Below are positions 10,571-21,131 of a stretch of DNA of 64,000 bases, piece by piece; position 1 is the first letter of the stretch, and every line of letters starts with the position of its first letter. Source of the stretch: an uncultured Alphaproteobacteria bacterium (GTDB lineage: Bacteria > Pseudomonadota > Alphaproteobacteria > Sphingomonadales > Sphingomonadaceae); NCBI GenBank assembly GCA_963831215.1, contig CAWHPM010000012.1, forward strand, positions 189,801 to 253,800, in the 5' to 3' direction. The notes below the pieces were generated by a model. It made no database searches, was not told the origin of the DNA, and saw only the letters and a program-made list of their open reading frames with translations. The translations under genes and the position numbers were made by a program.

Positions 10571-11377
10571 ATGAAAGACCAGGAGCTACGCTTCGCCGGC
10601 TCGGTTCCCGCCAGCTATGAGCGGCTGATGGTGCCGCTCATCTTTCAGCCCTACGCGGACGAGCTCGCTGAACGCGCGCGCGAGTTGCGGCCAGCGCGAA
10701 TCCTCGAAACCGCTTCAGGCACCGGCGTGGTGACACGGGCGCTCCACGCAGCGCTCCCCGACGCGGAGATCGTCGCGACCGACCTCAATCAGCCGATGCT
10801 CGACGTCGCTGCCGAGCGGATCGGGCCGGACGGTGTGCGCTTTCAGCAGGCGGATGCGCAGGCAACTTCCGTTCGAGGACGCGAGCTTCGATCTCGTCGT
10901 CTGCCAGTTCGGCGCGATGTTCTTCCCCGACAAGGTGGCGCCCATTCCGAAGCGCATCGCGTCCTGCGCGGCGGCGGCCATTATCTCCTCGCCATCTGGG
11001 ACGCCATCGAGCGTAACCCGCTGACCGAGGCCGCGCAGCAGGTGTTGATCGCCCTGTTCCCCGACGATCCGCCGCTATTCATGCGCGAAGGCCCGTTCAG
11101 CTACCACGACACCGCGAAAATCGAGTCCGACCTCCACGACGCCGGCTTCGACACGGTCGAGATCGAGACCGTCGAGAAGCGAAGCCGAAGCCCGTCGGCG
11201 CACGATGCCGCGACCGCGCTCTGCTACGGAACGCCGATGGGCGTCGAGGTCGATGACCGTGAGCCCGGCAGCCTCGACCAGGTCTTCGCCGCGGTGGAGC
11301 AGGCCTTTCGCCGCTTCGAAGGCCCGGACGGAATCGACGCGCCCATGTCGGCGCACATCGTGACGGCGACGAAGTAG
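10571..11377 (+). CDS. class I SAM-dependent methyltransferase (compensating frameshifts ~10860-10940)
   Basis: [41 protein letters not shown] in an alternate frame. Confidence 0.88.
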   Translation: MKDQELRFAGSVPASYERLMVPLIFQPYADELAERARELRPARILETASGTGVVTRALHAALPDAEIVATDLNQPMLDVAAERIGPDGVRFQQADAQATSVRGRELRSRRLPVRRDVLPRQGGAHSEAHRVLRGGGHYLLAIWDAIERNPLTEAAQQVLIALFPDDPPLFMREGPFSYHDTAKIESDLHDAGFDTVEIETVEKRSRSPSAHDAATALCYGTPMGVEVDDREPGSLDQVFAAVEQAFRRFEGPDGIDAPMSAHIVTATK

Positions 11378-11444
11378 GCTAGGTCCAATCCTCGATTGTC
11401 AGACCGGGGACGTTGCGGACGTCTTTCGCACGCGTATATACGTC

Positions 11445-12238
11445 TCAAATCAATCCAGCGAGCGGGCTGCTCGGATCGGCGTAGCGCCGCTTCTGCATCC
11501 GCCCGGCGAGGTAGGACAGGCGTCCGGCTTCGACCGCCGCCTTCATCGCCGCGCGCCATCAGCACCGGGTCCTTCGCCTCGGCGATCGCCGTGTTCATCA
11601 GCACGCCGTCGCAGCCGAGTTCCATCGCCACCGCGGCGTCGCTCGCCGTGCCGACGCCGGCATCGACCAGCACCGGCACGCTCGCGCCCTCGACGATCAG
11701 CCGGATCGTCACGCGGTTCTGGATGCCGAGCCCCGAGCCGATCGGCGCGCCCAGCGGCATGATCGCGACCGCGCCCGCTTCCTCGAGCTGCTTCGCGGCG
11801 ATCGGATCGTCGACGCAATAGACCATCGGCTCGAAGCCTTCCTTGACCAGGACCTCGGTCGCGCGCAGAGTCTCGCGCATGTCCGGGATAGAGCGTCTTG
11901 GCCTCGCCCAGCACCTCGAGCTTCACGAGGTTCCACCCGCCCGCCTCGCGCGCCAGCCGGAGCGTCCGGATCGCGTCGTCGGCGGTGAAGCAGCCGGCGG
12001 TGTTGGGCAGGTAGGTGATCTTCTTCGGGTCGATGAAGTCGGTCAGCATCGGCTGCTTGGGATCGGCGATGTTCACCCGCCGCACCGCGACCGTGACGAT
12101 CTCCGCGCCCGAGGCCTCGACCGCGGCGGCATTCTCCTCGAAACTCTTGTACTTGCCGGTGCCGACGATCAGCCGCGAGGCGAAGGTGCGTCCGGCGACG
12201 GTCCAGGTGTCCGCCGTCGAATCCTGCTTCGCGTCAAA
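11445..12238 (-). CDS. thiG: thiazole synthase ThiG (frameshifts)
   Basis: [44 protein letters not shown]. Confidence 0.92.
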
Positions 12239-12460
12239 TCAGCCCCCTCCCACGAAATGGACGATCTCGTAATCGTCGCCATCCTCGACGCATCACTTGG
12301 CCAAGCGTCGAGCGCGGCACGATCTCGAGGTTGCGCTCGACCGCGACGCGCAGCGGGTCGAGCCCGAGCTCGGGCGACCAGATCGGCCACGCTCGATCCC
12401 GCCGGCAACCCGCCGGTGCTCGCCGTTGACGCGGATCGAGATGGTGTCGTCGATGGTCAT
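12239..12460 (-). CDS. thiS: sulfur carrier ThiS (error-rich), in frame with thiG
   Basis: IRVNGEHR...VAVERNLEIVP...EIVHFVGGG*. Confidence 0.8.
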
Positions 12461-12504
12461 TGACGAAAGCGCCGATCGTGAAGGTCCAGCGCGTAGCGGC
12501 GCAA

Positions 12505-12983
12505 ATGGCGAGCCACCATCTTCGTCCTCAACGGGCCCAACCTCAACCTGCTCGGCACCGCGCGAGCCGCGAGATCTACGGCTCGGACACGCTCGACGAC
12601 ATCGGCGGCAGGCTCGAGGAGCGCGCCAAGGCGCTCGAGCTCACGCTCGACATGCGCCAGTCGAACCATGAGGGCATCTGGTCGACTGGCTGCACGAGGC
12701 GAATGCCAAGGCGCCAAGGCGGTGATCCTCAATGCCGGGCGCCTATACGCACACCTCGGTCGCGCTGCACGATGCGGTCAAGGCGTATCCAGTCCCGGTG
12801 ATCGAGGTGCATCTGTCCAACCCCTACGCGCGCGAGGCTTCCGCCGGCGAGCCTGTCGGCCAGGTCGCGCGCGGAACGATCGCCGGCCTCGGCGCGCTCG
12901 GCTATGTGCTTGCACTGGACGCGGCGGCGCGCCTCTGCAGGGAGCGGCGCGCCAGGCCAAGAGCCAGATTCGAAGGGGATTGA
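12505..12983 (+). CDS. aroQ: type II 3-dehydroquinate dehydratase (frameshifts, end approximate)
   Basis: VLNGPNLNLLG, QSNHEG, AYTHTSVALHDA, IEVHLSN. Confidence 0.88.
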
Positions 12984-12984
12984 G

Positions 12985-13480
12985 ATGGCCGCACCTCCGA
13001 AGGAGAAGAACGGTCCGATGCGGATCGATACCGAGCTGGTGCGCGAGCTCGCGGAGATGCTCGACGACAACGAGCTGACCGAGATCGAGGTCGAGGACGG
13101 CCGCCGGATCGAGGTCGCGCGCGAGCCGCCGCGGTCGTCGCGGCAGCATCGCCGCGCCCGCGCCGCGGTCGCCGCGCCGGCGCTCAGCGCCCCGCCGACG
13201 CCGGCAAGGAGGATGTCGGCGACCCGAGCGGAGTCGCGCGGTGACACGGTCAAGTCGCCGATGGTCGGCACCGTTTTCCTGTCCGCCGAGCCGGGCGCGA
13301 CGCCGTTCATCGAGGTCGGCGCGAGCGTCAAGGCCGGCGACACCTTGTGATCGTCGAGGCGATGAAGGTGATGAACCCGATCACCGCGCCCGCAGGCCGG
13401 CATAGATCAGGAAGATCCTGGTCGCGGACGCCCAGCCGGTCGAATACGATCAGCCGCTGGTCGTCATCGAGTACGGCTGA
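12985..13480 (+). CDS. accB: biotin carboxyl carrier protein (frameshifts)
   Basis: VKSPMVGT, IVEAMKVMN, VEYDQPL. Confidence 0.9.
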
Positions 13481-14830
13481 TGGCCGATCGAAAAGCTGCT
13501 GATCGCCAATCGCGGCGAGATCGCGCTCCGAATTCACCGCGCCTGCCATGAGATGGGCATTCGCACCGTCGCGGTCCATTCGACCGCCGACGCCGACGCG
13601 ATGCACGTCCGGCTCGCCGACGAGACGGTCTGCATCGGCCCGCCGCCGGCGACCAATTCCTATCTCAACATCCCGAACATCATTTCGGCGGCCGAGATCG
13701 TCCACGCCGACGCCATCCATCCCGGTTACGGCTTCCTGTCCGAGAACGCGCAGTTCGCCGAGATTGTCGAGAGCCACGGCATCATCTGGGTCGGGCCCAA
13801 GCCCGAGCATATCCGGACGATGGGCGACAAGATCGAGGCCAAGCGCAGCGCGGCCAGGCTCGGCCTGCCGCTCGTCCCCGGCTCCGACGGGCCGCTGACC
13901 AGCATCGAGCAGGCGAAGGCGCTCGCCGCGGAGATCGGCTATCCGGTCCTCATCAAGGCGGCGTCGGGCGGCGGCGGGCGCGGCATGAAGGTCGTGCCCG
14001 ACGAGGACCAGCTCGAAAGCCTGATGAGCCAGGCCGCATCGGAGGCGCGCTCCGCGTTCGGCGACGACACCGTCTACATGGAGAAATATCTCGGCAATCC
14101 CCGTCACATCGAATTCCAGGTATTCGGCGACGGCAAGGGAGGCGCGATCCACCTCGGCGAGCGCGACTGCTCGCTCCAGCGTCGTCACCAGAAGGTGCTC
14201 GAGGAGGCGCCTTCACCGGCTCTCAAGCCGAAGGAGCGGCACCGCATGGGGTCGCTGGTCGCCAAAGCGATGGCGGACATGGGCTATCGCGGCGCCGGCA
14301 CGATCGAGTTCCTGTATGAGGACGGCGAGTTCTACTTCATCGAAATGAACACCCGCCTCCAGGTCGAGCATCCGGTGACCGAGATGATCAGCGGCATCGA
14401 CCTCGTGCGCGAGCAGATCCAAGTCGCGTCGGGCGAGGGCCTCAGCTGCACCCAGGAGCAGGTTCACCTCCACGGCCATGCGATCGAATGCCGGATCAAC
14501 GCCGAGGATCCGGAGACCTTCGCGCCCTCGCCTGGCCTGGTGAAGAATTACGTCGCGCCCGGCGGCATGCACGTCCGCGTCGATAGCGGCCTCTATACCG
14601 GCTACAAGGTCCCGCCCTACTACGACAGCATGATCGCCAAGCTGATCGTTTACGGCTCCAACCGGGAAAGCTGCATTCGCCGCCTCAAGCGCGCGCTCGA
14701 GGAATTCATCGTCGAGGGAATGAAGACGACGATCCCGCTCCACCAGAAGCTCGTCCGCGACGAGGAATTCCTCGCCGGCGACTATACGATCAAATGGCTC
14801 GAGCAGTGGCTCGCGCAGAACGCGGAGTAG
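13480..14830 (+). CDS. accC: biotin carboxylase
   Basis: [40 protein letters not shown]. Confidence 0.96.
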
Positions 14831-14840
14831 CTGCGGCTGG

Positions 14841-14868
14841 TGGCAGGAATGGGTGGAAAGCTGCCATT
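14841..14868 (+). repeat. GGGT-core palindromic site 1
   Basis: TGGCAG-GAAT-GGGT-GGAAAG-CTGCCATT. Confidence 0.75.
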
Positions 14869-14938
14869 TGAGCGCAGCATTTTGCGAGCAGCTACGTTAC
14901 ATGGGGTTAGGCGAGCACCGACCTAAGGGGCTGACGAC

Positions 14939-15361
14939 ATGCCAGAGTTTCTGATCGAGCGCAGAATGCCCGCTGTTGGCTCGCTCGACGTGAGCGACCT
15001 CAAGCAGACTTCAAGATTGTCTTGGGCGGTCCAACAGGAGAAGTTCCCCCAAATCCACTGGCTACACAGCTACGCAACAGACGACATTCTCTACTGCCTC
15101 TACCGTGCGCCAAGTGAAGCGGTCATCCGCGAGTATGCGAGGGGTTCCACACTCCCGGTCAACAAGATTTGCGCGGTTCGAGCGACCATCGACCCGTTCA
15201 CCATCGAGGACAGCGACAGCCTACGCGCGGCCGCCCGCCAGCGGATGTTGGAACATGCGCGCTTTTGCAGACACATGGCCAAGGAGGAGGCGCCGGGAAA
15301 AGAACTGTGGCTGCAAACAGCTGAGATCTGCGAGAGGGGCGCCGCGCGGGAGCAGCCTTAA
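14939..15361 (+). CDS. DUF4242 domain protein with C-terminal extension
   Basis: FLIERRMP...IHWLHSY...YCLYRAPSEAVIREYA...LPVNKI; RBS AAGGGG. Confidence 0.8.
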   Translation: MPEFLIERRMPAVGSLDVSDLKQTSRLSWAVQQEKFPQIHWLHSYATDDILYCLYRAPSEAVIREYARGSTLPVNKICAVRATIDPFTIEDSDSLRAAARQRMLEHARFCRHMAKEEAPGKELWLQTAEICERGAAREQP

Positions 15362-15391
15362 CAGACGCCGGCCGTGAGCAGACGCTTCGCT

Positions 15392-15445
15392 AATGGCAGG
15401 AATGGGTCGACGTTGGACGGCAACTTCGGGTGGAAAGCGGACACT
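15392..15445 (+). repeat. two nested GGGT-core sites (2a, 2b), cores 24 bp apart
   Basis: AATGGCAGGAAT-GGGT-CGACGTTGGAC then GGCAACTTC-GGGT-GGAAA-GCGGACACT. Confidence 0.75.
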
Positions 15446-15498
15446 CCGTTAGCCAGACGCGACGGCGCTGATTAGACGACGAGCGCTCATGAATTCGT

Positions 15499-16794
15499 TT
15501 GCCACTTCTCTTTTCACGACGCTTACGGCTGCATTCGGCCCGGACGCAGCGACAGCTCGTGTTCTTACTTGGCGGTGTGCTCACTGGAGCCGCGGCTGTC
15601 GCTCTCGCCCTGATGGCAGACGAAGCTCAGGCAGCTTTTCGGATCCTGCTTCAGCGTTCGCGTTACATCTCGTTGGTCGTCACTCCGCTGGGCTTCGCAA
15701 TCATCGCGTATCTTACGCGACGCGTGTTCCCGAACTCGCAGGGAAGCGGCATCCCACAGGCGATTGCTGCGAGGCATCTGGTCGATCGAAGGTCTCGCGG
15801 CGCGCTCGTTTCGATCCGGATCGCCTTCGGTAAGATCTTGCTCACGCTGTTCGGACTGCTTTGCGGTGGCTCAATAGGTCGCGAAGGACCAACGGTGCAG
15901 GTCGGGGCGTCGATCATGTTCGCGGTCGGACGCCTGTCGCCGCGACGTCAGGCAGGTCTTATCCTCGCAGGTGCGTCCGCTGGGGTCGCAGCGGCCTTCA
16001 ACACACCACTGGCGGGCATTGTGTTCGGGATCGAGGAGATGAGCCGGGCATTTGAGGAGAAGACGAGCGCGCTCCTAATCGCCGCAATCGTCGCCGCCGG
16101 ACTGACGTCATTGGCGCTGCTTGGTGACTATACATATTTCGGCACGACCTCGGCCAAACTCGGCCCGATCGGCTGGCTCGCCGTGCCCGTTTGCGGCGTG
16201 GTCGGCGGATTGCTTGGCGGGGTTTTCAGCCGGATATTGATCGAGTTCGGGAGAGGCCTGCCAGGCGTAGTCGGTTGCGTCATCAAGCGCCATCCGATCA
16301 TTTTCGCGACGCTGTGTGGCTTAGGCGTTGCGTTATGTGGTTTGGCCTCGCACGACACCATCTATGGAACTGGCTACGCTCAGGTCAGGCCGCTACTGGA
16401 CCGTAACGTAGCGTTGCCTCAGTCGTTCGGCGCGCTCAAGCTCACGGCCACTGCTCTCGCTTCCATCAGCGGCATCCCAGGCGGGATATTCTCTCCGTCG
16501 CTCGCGGTCGGTGCCGGAATTGGCTTCAACCTTTCGGCACTGTTCCCCTCAACACCAGTGGCCGCGCTCGTGCTCCTTGGAATGGTGTCCTACTTCGCCG
16601 GTGTCGTCCAAGCTCCGATCACGTCCTTCGTGATCGTCACGGAGATGACAAACGACCACTCGATGGTCGTTCCGCTGATGGCAGCAGCCTTCATAGCCCG
16701 AGCGGCATCACGACTGATTTGTCGAGAAGGCGTCTATCACGCGCTGTCCAAGAACTTCTTGGCTGCAGCAGACGAGCATTCCAACAAACCCTAG
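15499..16794 (+). CDS. ClC family chloride channel / H+/Cl- antiporter
   Basis: GSGIP, GREGPTVQ, AAAFNTPLAG, GGIFSP; more A/T-ending codons than flanking genes. Confidence 0.93.
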   Translation: MPLLFSRRLRLHSARTQRQLVFLLGGVLTGAAAVALALMADEAQAAFRILLQRSRYISLVVTPLGFAIIAYLTRRVFPNSQGSGIPQAIAARHLVDRRSRGALVSIRIAFGKILLTLFGLLCGGSIGREGPTVQVGASIMFAVGRLSPRRQAGLILAGASAGVAAAFNTPLAGIVFGIEEMSRAFEEKTSALLIAAIVAAGLTSLALLGDYTYFGTTSAKLGPIGWLAVPVCGVVGGLLGGVFSRILIEFGRGLPGVVGCVIKRHPIIFATLCGLGVALCGLASHDTIYGTGYAQVRPLLDRNVALPQSFGALKLTATALASISGIPGGIFSPSLAVGAGIGFNLSALFPSTPVAALVLLGMVSYFAGVVQAPITSFVIVTEMTNDHSMVVPLMAAAFIARAASRLICREGVYHALSKNFLAAADEHSNKP

Positions 16795-16824
16795 TGTCCG
16801 CAATGGGTCGAAAGCAGACACTAG
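16791..16824 (+). repeat. GGGT-core palindromic site 3 (contains the ClC stop codon)
   Basis: CTAGTGTCCGC-AAT-GGGT-CGAAA-GCAGACACTAG. Confidence 0.8.
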
Positions 16825-16857
16825 CGTGGTGCGGTATCGAGCGCATAAGACCGCTGG

Positions 16858-17899
16858 ATGCGTGATGACTTCTCTTCGCCTGAGCCCTTCCCGGACGGGC
16901 CCGTCGGCGCCGCCGAGACTTCCGACGGCTTCTACCTCAACCCTATCCTTGACCGCGATTTTCCCGACCCCGCGGTGATCCTCGCGCCGGACGGTTTTTA
17001 TTACGCTTACGCGACGCAGACCCTGCACGACGACACGTGGATCAACATCCAGGTCGCCCGCTCGGCCGATCTCGTCGCCTGGGAATATCTCGGCGACGCG
17101 CTTCCCGAGAAACCGGATTGGGCGGCCACCACGCAGGACTTCTGGGCGCCAAGCGTGATCTTCGATGGCTCGACCTACTTCATGTATTATTCGGCGACGC
17201 CCGACGCCTGCCACCATCACGAGCGCGGCCATGCGCTCGCGGTCGCCACGTCCGACCGCCCGGCGGGCCCGTTCGTCGACATGGGCATGCCGCTGCTCCT
17301 CGGCGCCGGCTTCGAATATATCGACCCGATGGCCTTCGACGACCCGGCGACGGGCAAGCACCTGCTCTACTGGGGCTCGGGCTTCCAGCCGATCAGGGTT
17401 CAGGAGCTGGCGCCCGACCGCCTGTCGTTCGCGCCCGGACAGCGCGCCGGTCGACCTCATTTGGCCGAACGGCAGGAACGGCGGCTTTCCCCGCCTGGTC
17501 GAGGCGGCATGGCTGATCCACCGCGACGACTATTTTTATCTTTTCTATTCGGGCGACAATTGCTGCGGACCGGACGCGGAATATGGCGTGATGGTCGCTC
17601 GGTCAGGCAGTCCCATTGGGCCCTTCGAAACGCTCGAACAGGCCAAGGGCGTGCCCCACAGCCTGATCCTCTTCAAGAACGACCGCTGGCTCGCGCCCGG
17701 GCACAATTGCATCGCCGAGGACCGGGCGGGCGACTTCTGGATCGTCTATCACGCGATCGACGTTGAGCGCCCGCGTCAGGCTCAGGAGGACGAGATCAAC
17801 AGCCGCCGGATCCTCCTCATCGACCGGATCGAATGGCACGACGGATGGCCGTGGGTCGGCACTCCGTCGCACGAACCGCAACGCGCGCCGATCAGCTGA
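16858..17899 (+). CDS. glycoside hydrolase family 43 (frameshift ~17440)
   Basis: NPILDRDFPDP, FWAP, IDPMAF, LVEAAW, APGHNC. Confidence 0.88.
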
Positions 17900-19034
17900 T
17901 CGCGCGAACGCGCGGCCTCGCCACTTTTCCCATTGCCGCGAACTGCTCGCGCTGCGCCTCGAACTCGGCGAGCAGGCGTTCGTCGACGTGGCGGCTGCCG
18001 TCCGCGACGATCGTCGAAAACAGGCCCGTCTCGGCGTGGCGCGAATTGTCCCAGCCGGGATAGGCGGTGATCGGGTACCAGCAGATACCGCGAATGTCGG
18101 TGCCGCGGCGCATCGCCTCGCGCACCTCGTTCGAGACATAGTGGAGCCAGGACGGCTTTGCCGTCCCTTCGGCGCCCGTCTCGGAGAGCATCAGCGGCTT
18201 TTCGTATCGCTCCGCCATCTCGACCAGCATGTCGGCGAGCGGCCGGTATTCGTGATGGCCCATCGGGATTGTCGGGCCTTCGAGATACCATTGGTTGTGC
18301 GGGTAGTAATTGAGCCCGATGAGGTCGACCAGCGAGGGGTCGCCGCCCAGTTCCGGCTCGGTCTTGCCGATGATCCAGTCATAGGCTTCGAACATGCCGT
18401 TGCGGTTTCGCTCGGCGGCGCGCACGCTCGATCGCCGATGGTTGTGCGGAGCGACGTGGATCAACGGTTCGGCCCAGATGATGGTCGTCGCCGGCCACCT
18501 ACGTCGGATCGCGCGGGCCGCCGCAACTCCGGTGCGGATGAGCTGGCGCTTGAACCAGCCTACCTCCTCGGCGCCAGGGCACGGAAAATACCCCACCTCG
18601 ACCGCCCAGGCCATGAAGTTGATCTCGTTTAGCGGACAGACCGCCGGCGGATGCTTGCTGATCGACTGCTGAAGCTCCAGCGCCGCCAGCGCGAAATCGG
18701 TGAACCGCTCGGGAAAGTCCGGCGCGGCCGGGTCGACGTGATCGGGCGAGCCGTAGTGGAACAGGTCCCAGATGACGTCGATCCCGAGCTGCTCGGCCGC
18801 CTCGAGCGCCGGCAGCCAGCTCGACCAGTCATATTGGCCCGGGGCCCTTTCGATGAGATGCCAGCGAAGCCCGTCGCGGACCGTGCCGAAGCCCAGATCC
18901 TTGCACCGGCGGTAATCCTGGAGGACGTGCTTGTCGTGACCCGTCGCCCGGATGAGGTCGAGGCGCACTCCGTCCCGACGCCGGTGCGACGAGCACTCGA
19001 ATCCCGCCATGAAAAAGCTGTCGAAACTTTGCAT
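17892..19034 (-). CDS. beta-glucosidase-like glycoside hydrolase (clan GH-A)
   Basis: FMAGFECSSH, PLNEI acid/base, LSETGAEG nucleophile. Confidence 0.85.
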   Translation of the reverse strand: MQSFDSFFMAGFECSSHRRRDGVRLDLIRATGHDKHVLQDYRRCKDLGFGTVRDGLRWHLIERAPGQYDWSSWLPALEAAEQLGIDVIWDLFHYGSPDHVDPAAPDFPERFTDFALAALELQQSISKHPPAVCPLNEINFMAWAVEVGYFPCPGAEEVGWFKRQLIRTGVAAARAIRRRWPATTIIWAEPLIHVAPHNHRRSSVRAAERNRNGMFEAYDWIIGKTEPELGGDPSLVDLIGLNYYPHNQWYLEGPTIPMGHHEYRPLADMLVEMAERYEKPLMLSETGAEGTAKPSWLHYVSNEVREAMRRGTDIRGICWYPITAYPGWDNSRHAETGLFSTIVADGSRHVDERLLAEFEAQREQFAAMGKVARPRVRAIS

Positions 19035-19052
19035 GATGTCCCTGCGGCTCCG

Positions 19053-19078
19053 AACGCGGGTCCGAAACGACCTGTTCC
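19053..19078 (-). promoter_or_regulatory. EcfG/sigmaT-type promoter
   Basis: GGAAC-N17-CGTT ~19 nt upstream of the glycosidase ATG. Confidence 0.6.
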
Positions 19079-19151
19079 ATAGGCCAATTCTCGGCCGCTT
19101 GCCGTGCGGACTCGGCGAGGGCACAGTCCCGGACCATTGGGGAGCCGCCGA

Positions 19152-20371
19152 ATGAGCCTGATCGCCGACCTGAAATCGTTGGAACCGTCGCAGCGGAGCG
19201 CGATCTGGGCGAGCTATCTCGGCTGGACTCTCGACGCCTTCGACTTTTTCCTGATGGTCTTCATGCTGAAGGCCATCGCGGCGGAATTCGGCACCGACAT
19301 CGAGGCGGTTTCCGTAGCCATCTTCTGGACGCTCGCCGCGCGGCCCATAGGCGCGTTCCTGTTCGGCTGGCTCGCCGAGCATTTCGGCCGCCGCCCCGTG
19401 CTGATGGCGGACATCATCCTCTTTTCGCTGTTCGAGTTCGCCTCGGGCTTCGCGCCGTCGCTCACGACTTTGCTCATCCTCCGCTTCCTCTTCGGGGTCG
19501 CGATGGGCGGCGAGTGGGGATTGGGGGCGAGCCTCGTCATGGAATCGATTCCGGCGCGGCTGCGCGGCCCTGTCTCGGGCCTTCTCCAGAGCGGCTATCC
19601 GTCCGGCTATTTCGTCGCCAGCCTCGTCTATTTCCTGCTGTTCGACACGATCGGCTGGCGCGGCATGTTCATGGTCGGGGTCGCGCCCGCGCTGCTCGTC
19701 CTCCTCATCCGGATCCACGTGAAGGAGAGCCCGGTGTTCGAAGGCCGGCGCGGCAAGGCGCCGCGCGACGCCCATCGCCGAGTTGTTCCGCCACTGGAAG
19801 ATCGCGCTCTACATGATCGTGCTGATGGCGGCGTTCAACGCGTTCAGCCACGGCACGCAGGATCTCTACCCCACCTTCCTTCAGCAGCAGCATCATTTCG
19901 ACACGCACCTCACCGGCACGCTGACGGCGATCATGAACGTCGGCGCGATCGTCGGCGGGATCGGCTTCGGAATATGGTCGGAACGGCTGGGAAGGAAGCG
20001 CACGATCATCCTCGCCAGCCTTCTCGCCTTGCCGATCATCCCGCTGTGGGCCTTCTCGCGACGCCGTTGCTGCTCGGCCTTGGCGGCTTCCTGATGCAGG
20101 TCGCGGTCCAGGGCGCGTGGGGCATCGTCCCGGTCCACCTCAACGAGCTCGCGCCGCCCGGCGCCCGGGCCCTCTTCCCGGCTTCGCCTATCAGCTCGGC
20201 AACCTCATCATGTCGCGCAATGCCGTGTTCCAGGCCCGCATCGCCGAAAGCCAGGGCAACAATTACGGCCTCGCGCTGGCGATCTTCGGCGGTTCGATGG
20301 CGCTTCTGATCGCGTTCTGGACGGCGATCGGGCCGGAGCGGAAGAACGCCGACTTCACTTCCGAGGCCTAG
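19152..20371 (+). CDS. MFS transporter, SHS (NanT/Jen1-like) family (frameshifts)
   Basis: LGWTLDAFDFF, GVAMGGEWG, FSHGTQDLYPTFL, GAWGIVP. Confidence 0.9.
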
Positions 20372-20418
20372 GAAAACTTCAGCGCTCCAAATGCGTTTCT
20401 CGGGGCAGGACAGATGCT

Positions 20419-21125
20419 TTGTCGAGCTATCGCGGAACTGCTGAAGGGCCGGACCAGGCCAAGGCGATCACTGCAGTCGTCGCGGTCCATCTCGCGCTCG
20501 CCTTCGTAATCCTCACCGGACTGAACGTGCGATCGGTGAGCCAGGCCGTACAGCGGCTGAAGACGTTCAACCTCGAACAGCCGCCCCTGCCTCCACCTCC
20601 GCCGCCTCAACCACGGCCGCACGAAGCGATGAAGAGACCCGAGGGCGCCGCCGCGAAGAAGGCGGAGCCGTCGCCGGTGGTCGCTCCCCCGCCGCGGATC
20701 CCTGTCCCGTCACCGCTCCCTGCCACAAAGATCGCCGGGACCGGCAGCGCGCCCTCGTCGGGTGCGGCCAACGCGGGCAACGGTACCGGCGCTGGAGGTT
20801 CGGGCAACGGTCCGGGCGGGGGAGGGTCCGGCGACACCTCGCGCTTCACCCCCGCCCAGCTCGTCCGCAACCTCTCGCGCGGCGATTACAGCTCGCTCAC
20901 CCAGGGTCGAATGTCGGCGGGCCGGGCGATGGTTTCGTTGCGCGTCGGAGCCAGATGGAAGCGTCCAAGCAACTGCCGGGTGGTTCGCTCCAGCGGCGAT
21001 GCGGGAATCGACCGACGCGCCTGTGCCCGCTGATCGAAGCCCGGCTCCGGTTCAGACCCGCACTCGACGACCAGGGACGCCCGATCCCCTATCAGCTGCA
21101 ATATGTCGCGACGTGGCGGCTGTAG
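20419..21125 (+). CDS. TonB-like Pro-rich membrane protein (frameshift near C-terminus)
   Basis: Single TM with VHLAL, Pro-rich linker, CRVVRSSG...RFRPALD TonB-C-like segment. Confidence 0.7.
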
Positions 21126-21131
21126 TCGCCT

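Noticed and set aside
8678-11377. Apparent 899-aa ORF, and similar long ORFs 4437-6173, 17892-19775 and 45316-46962
   Set aside because: Real genes occupy only the 3-prime parts; the extensions are antisense to neighbouring genes
11397-11420. TGTCAGACCGGGGACGTTGCGGAC as a solo GGGT-type site
   Set aside because: Core reads GGGGA and the arms pair weakly; too degenerate to support without a profile search
12461-12504. TPP riboswitch upstream of thiS
   Set aside because: Only ~44 nt before the divergent aroQ and no CTGAGA motif
14841-16824. Classical integron or CRISPR array
   Set aside because: No intI, no GTTRRRY/RYYYAAC attC boxes, no regular repeat-spacer period and no cas genes; kept instead as an unexplained cassette-like system
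20371-20397. EcfG promoter before the TonB-like gene (AAAAC-N16-CGTT)
   Set aside because: The -35 element deviates from GGAAC; may be a homopolymer error but cannot be confirmed
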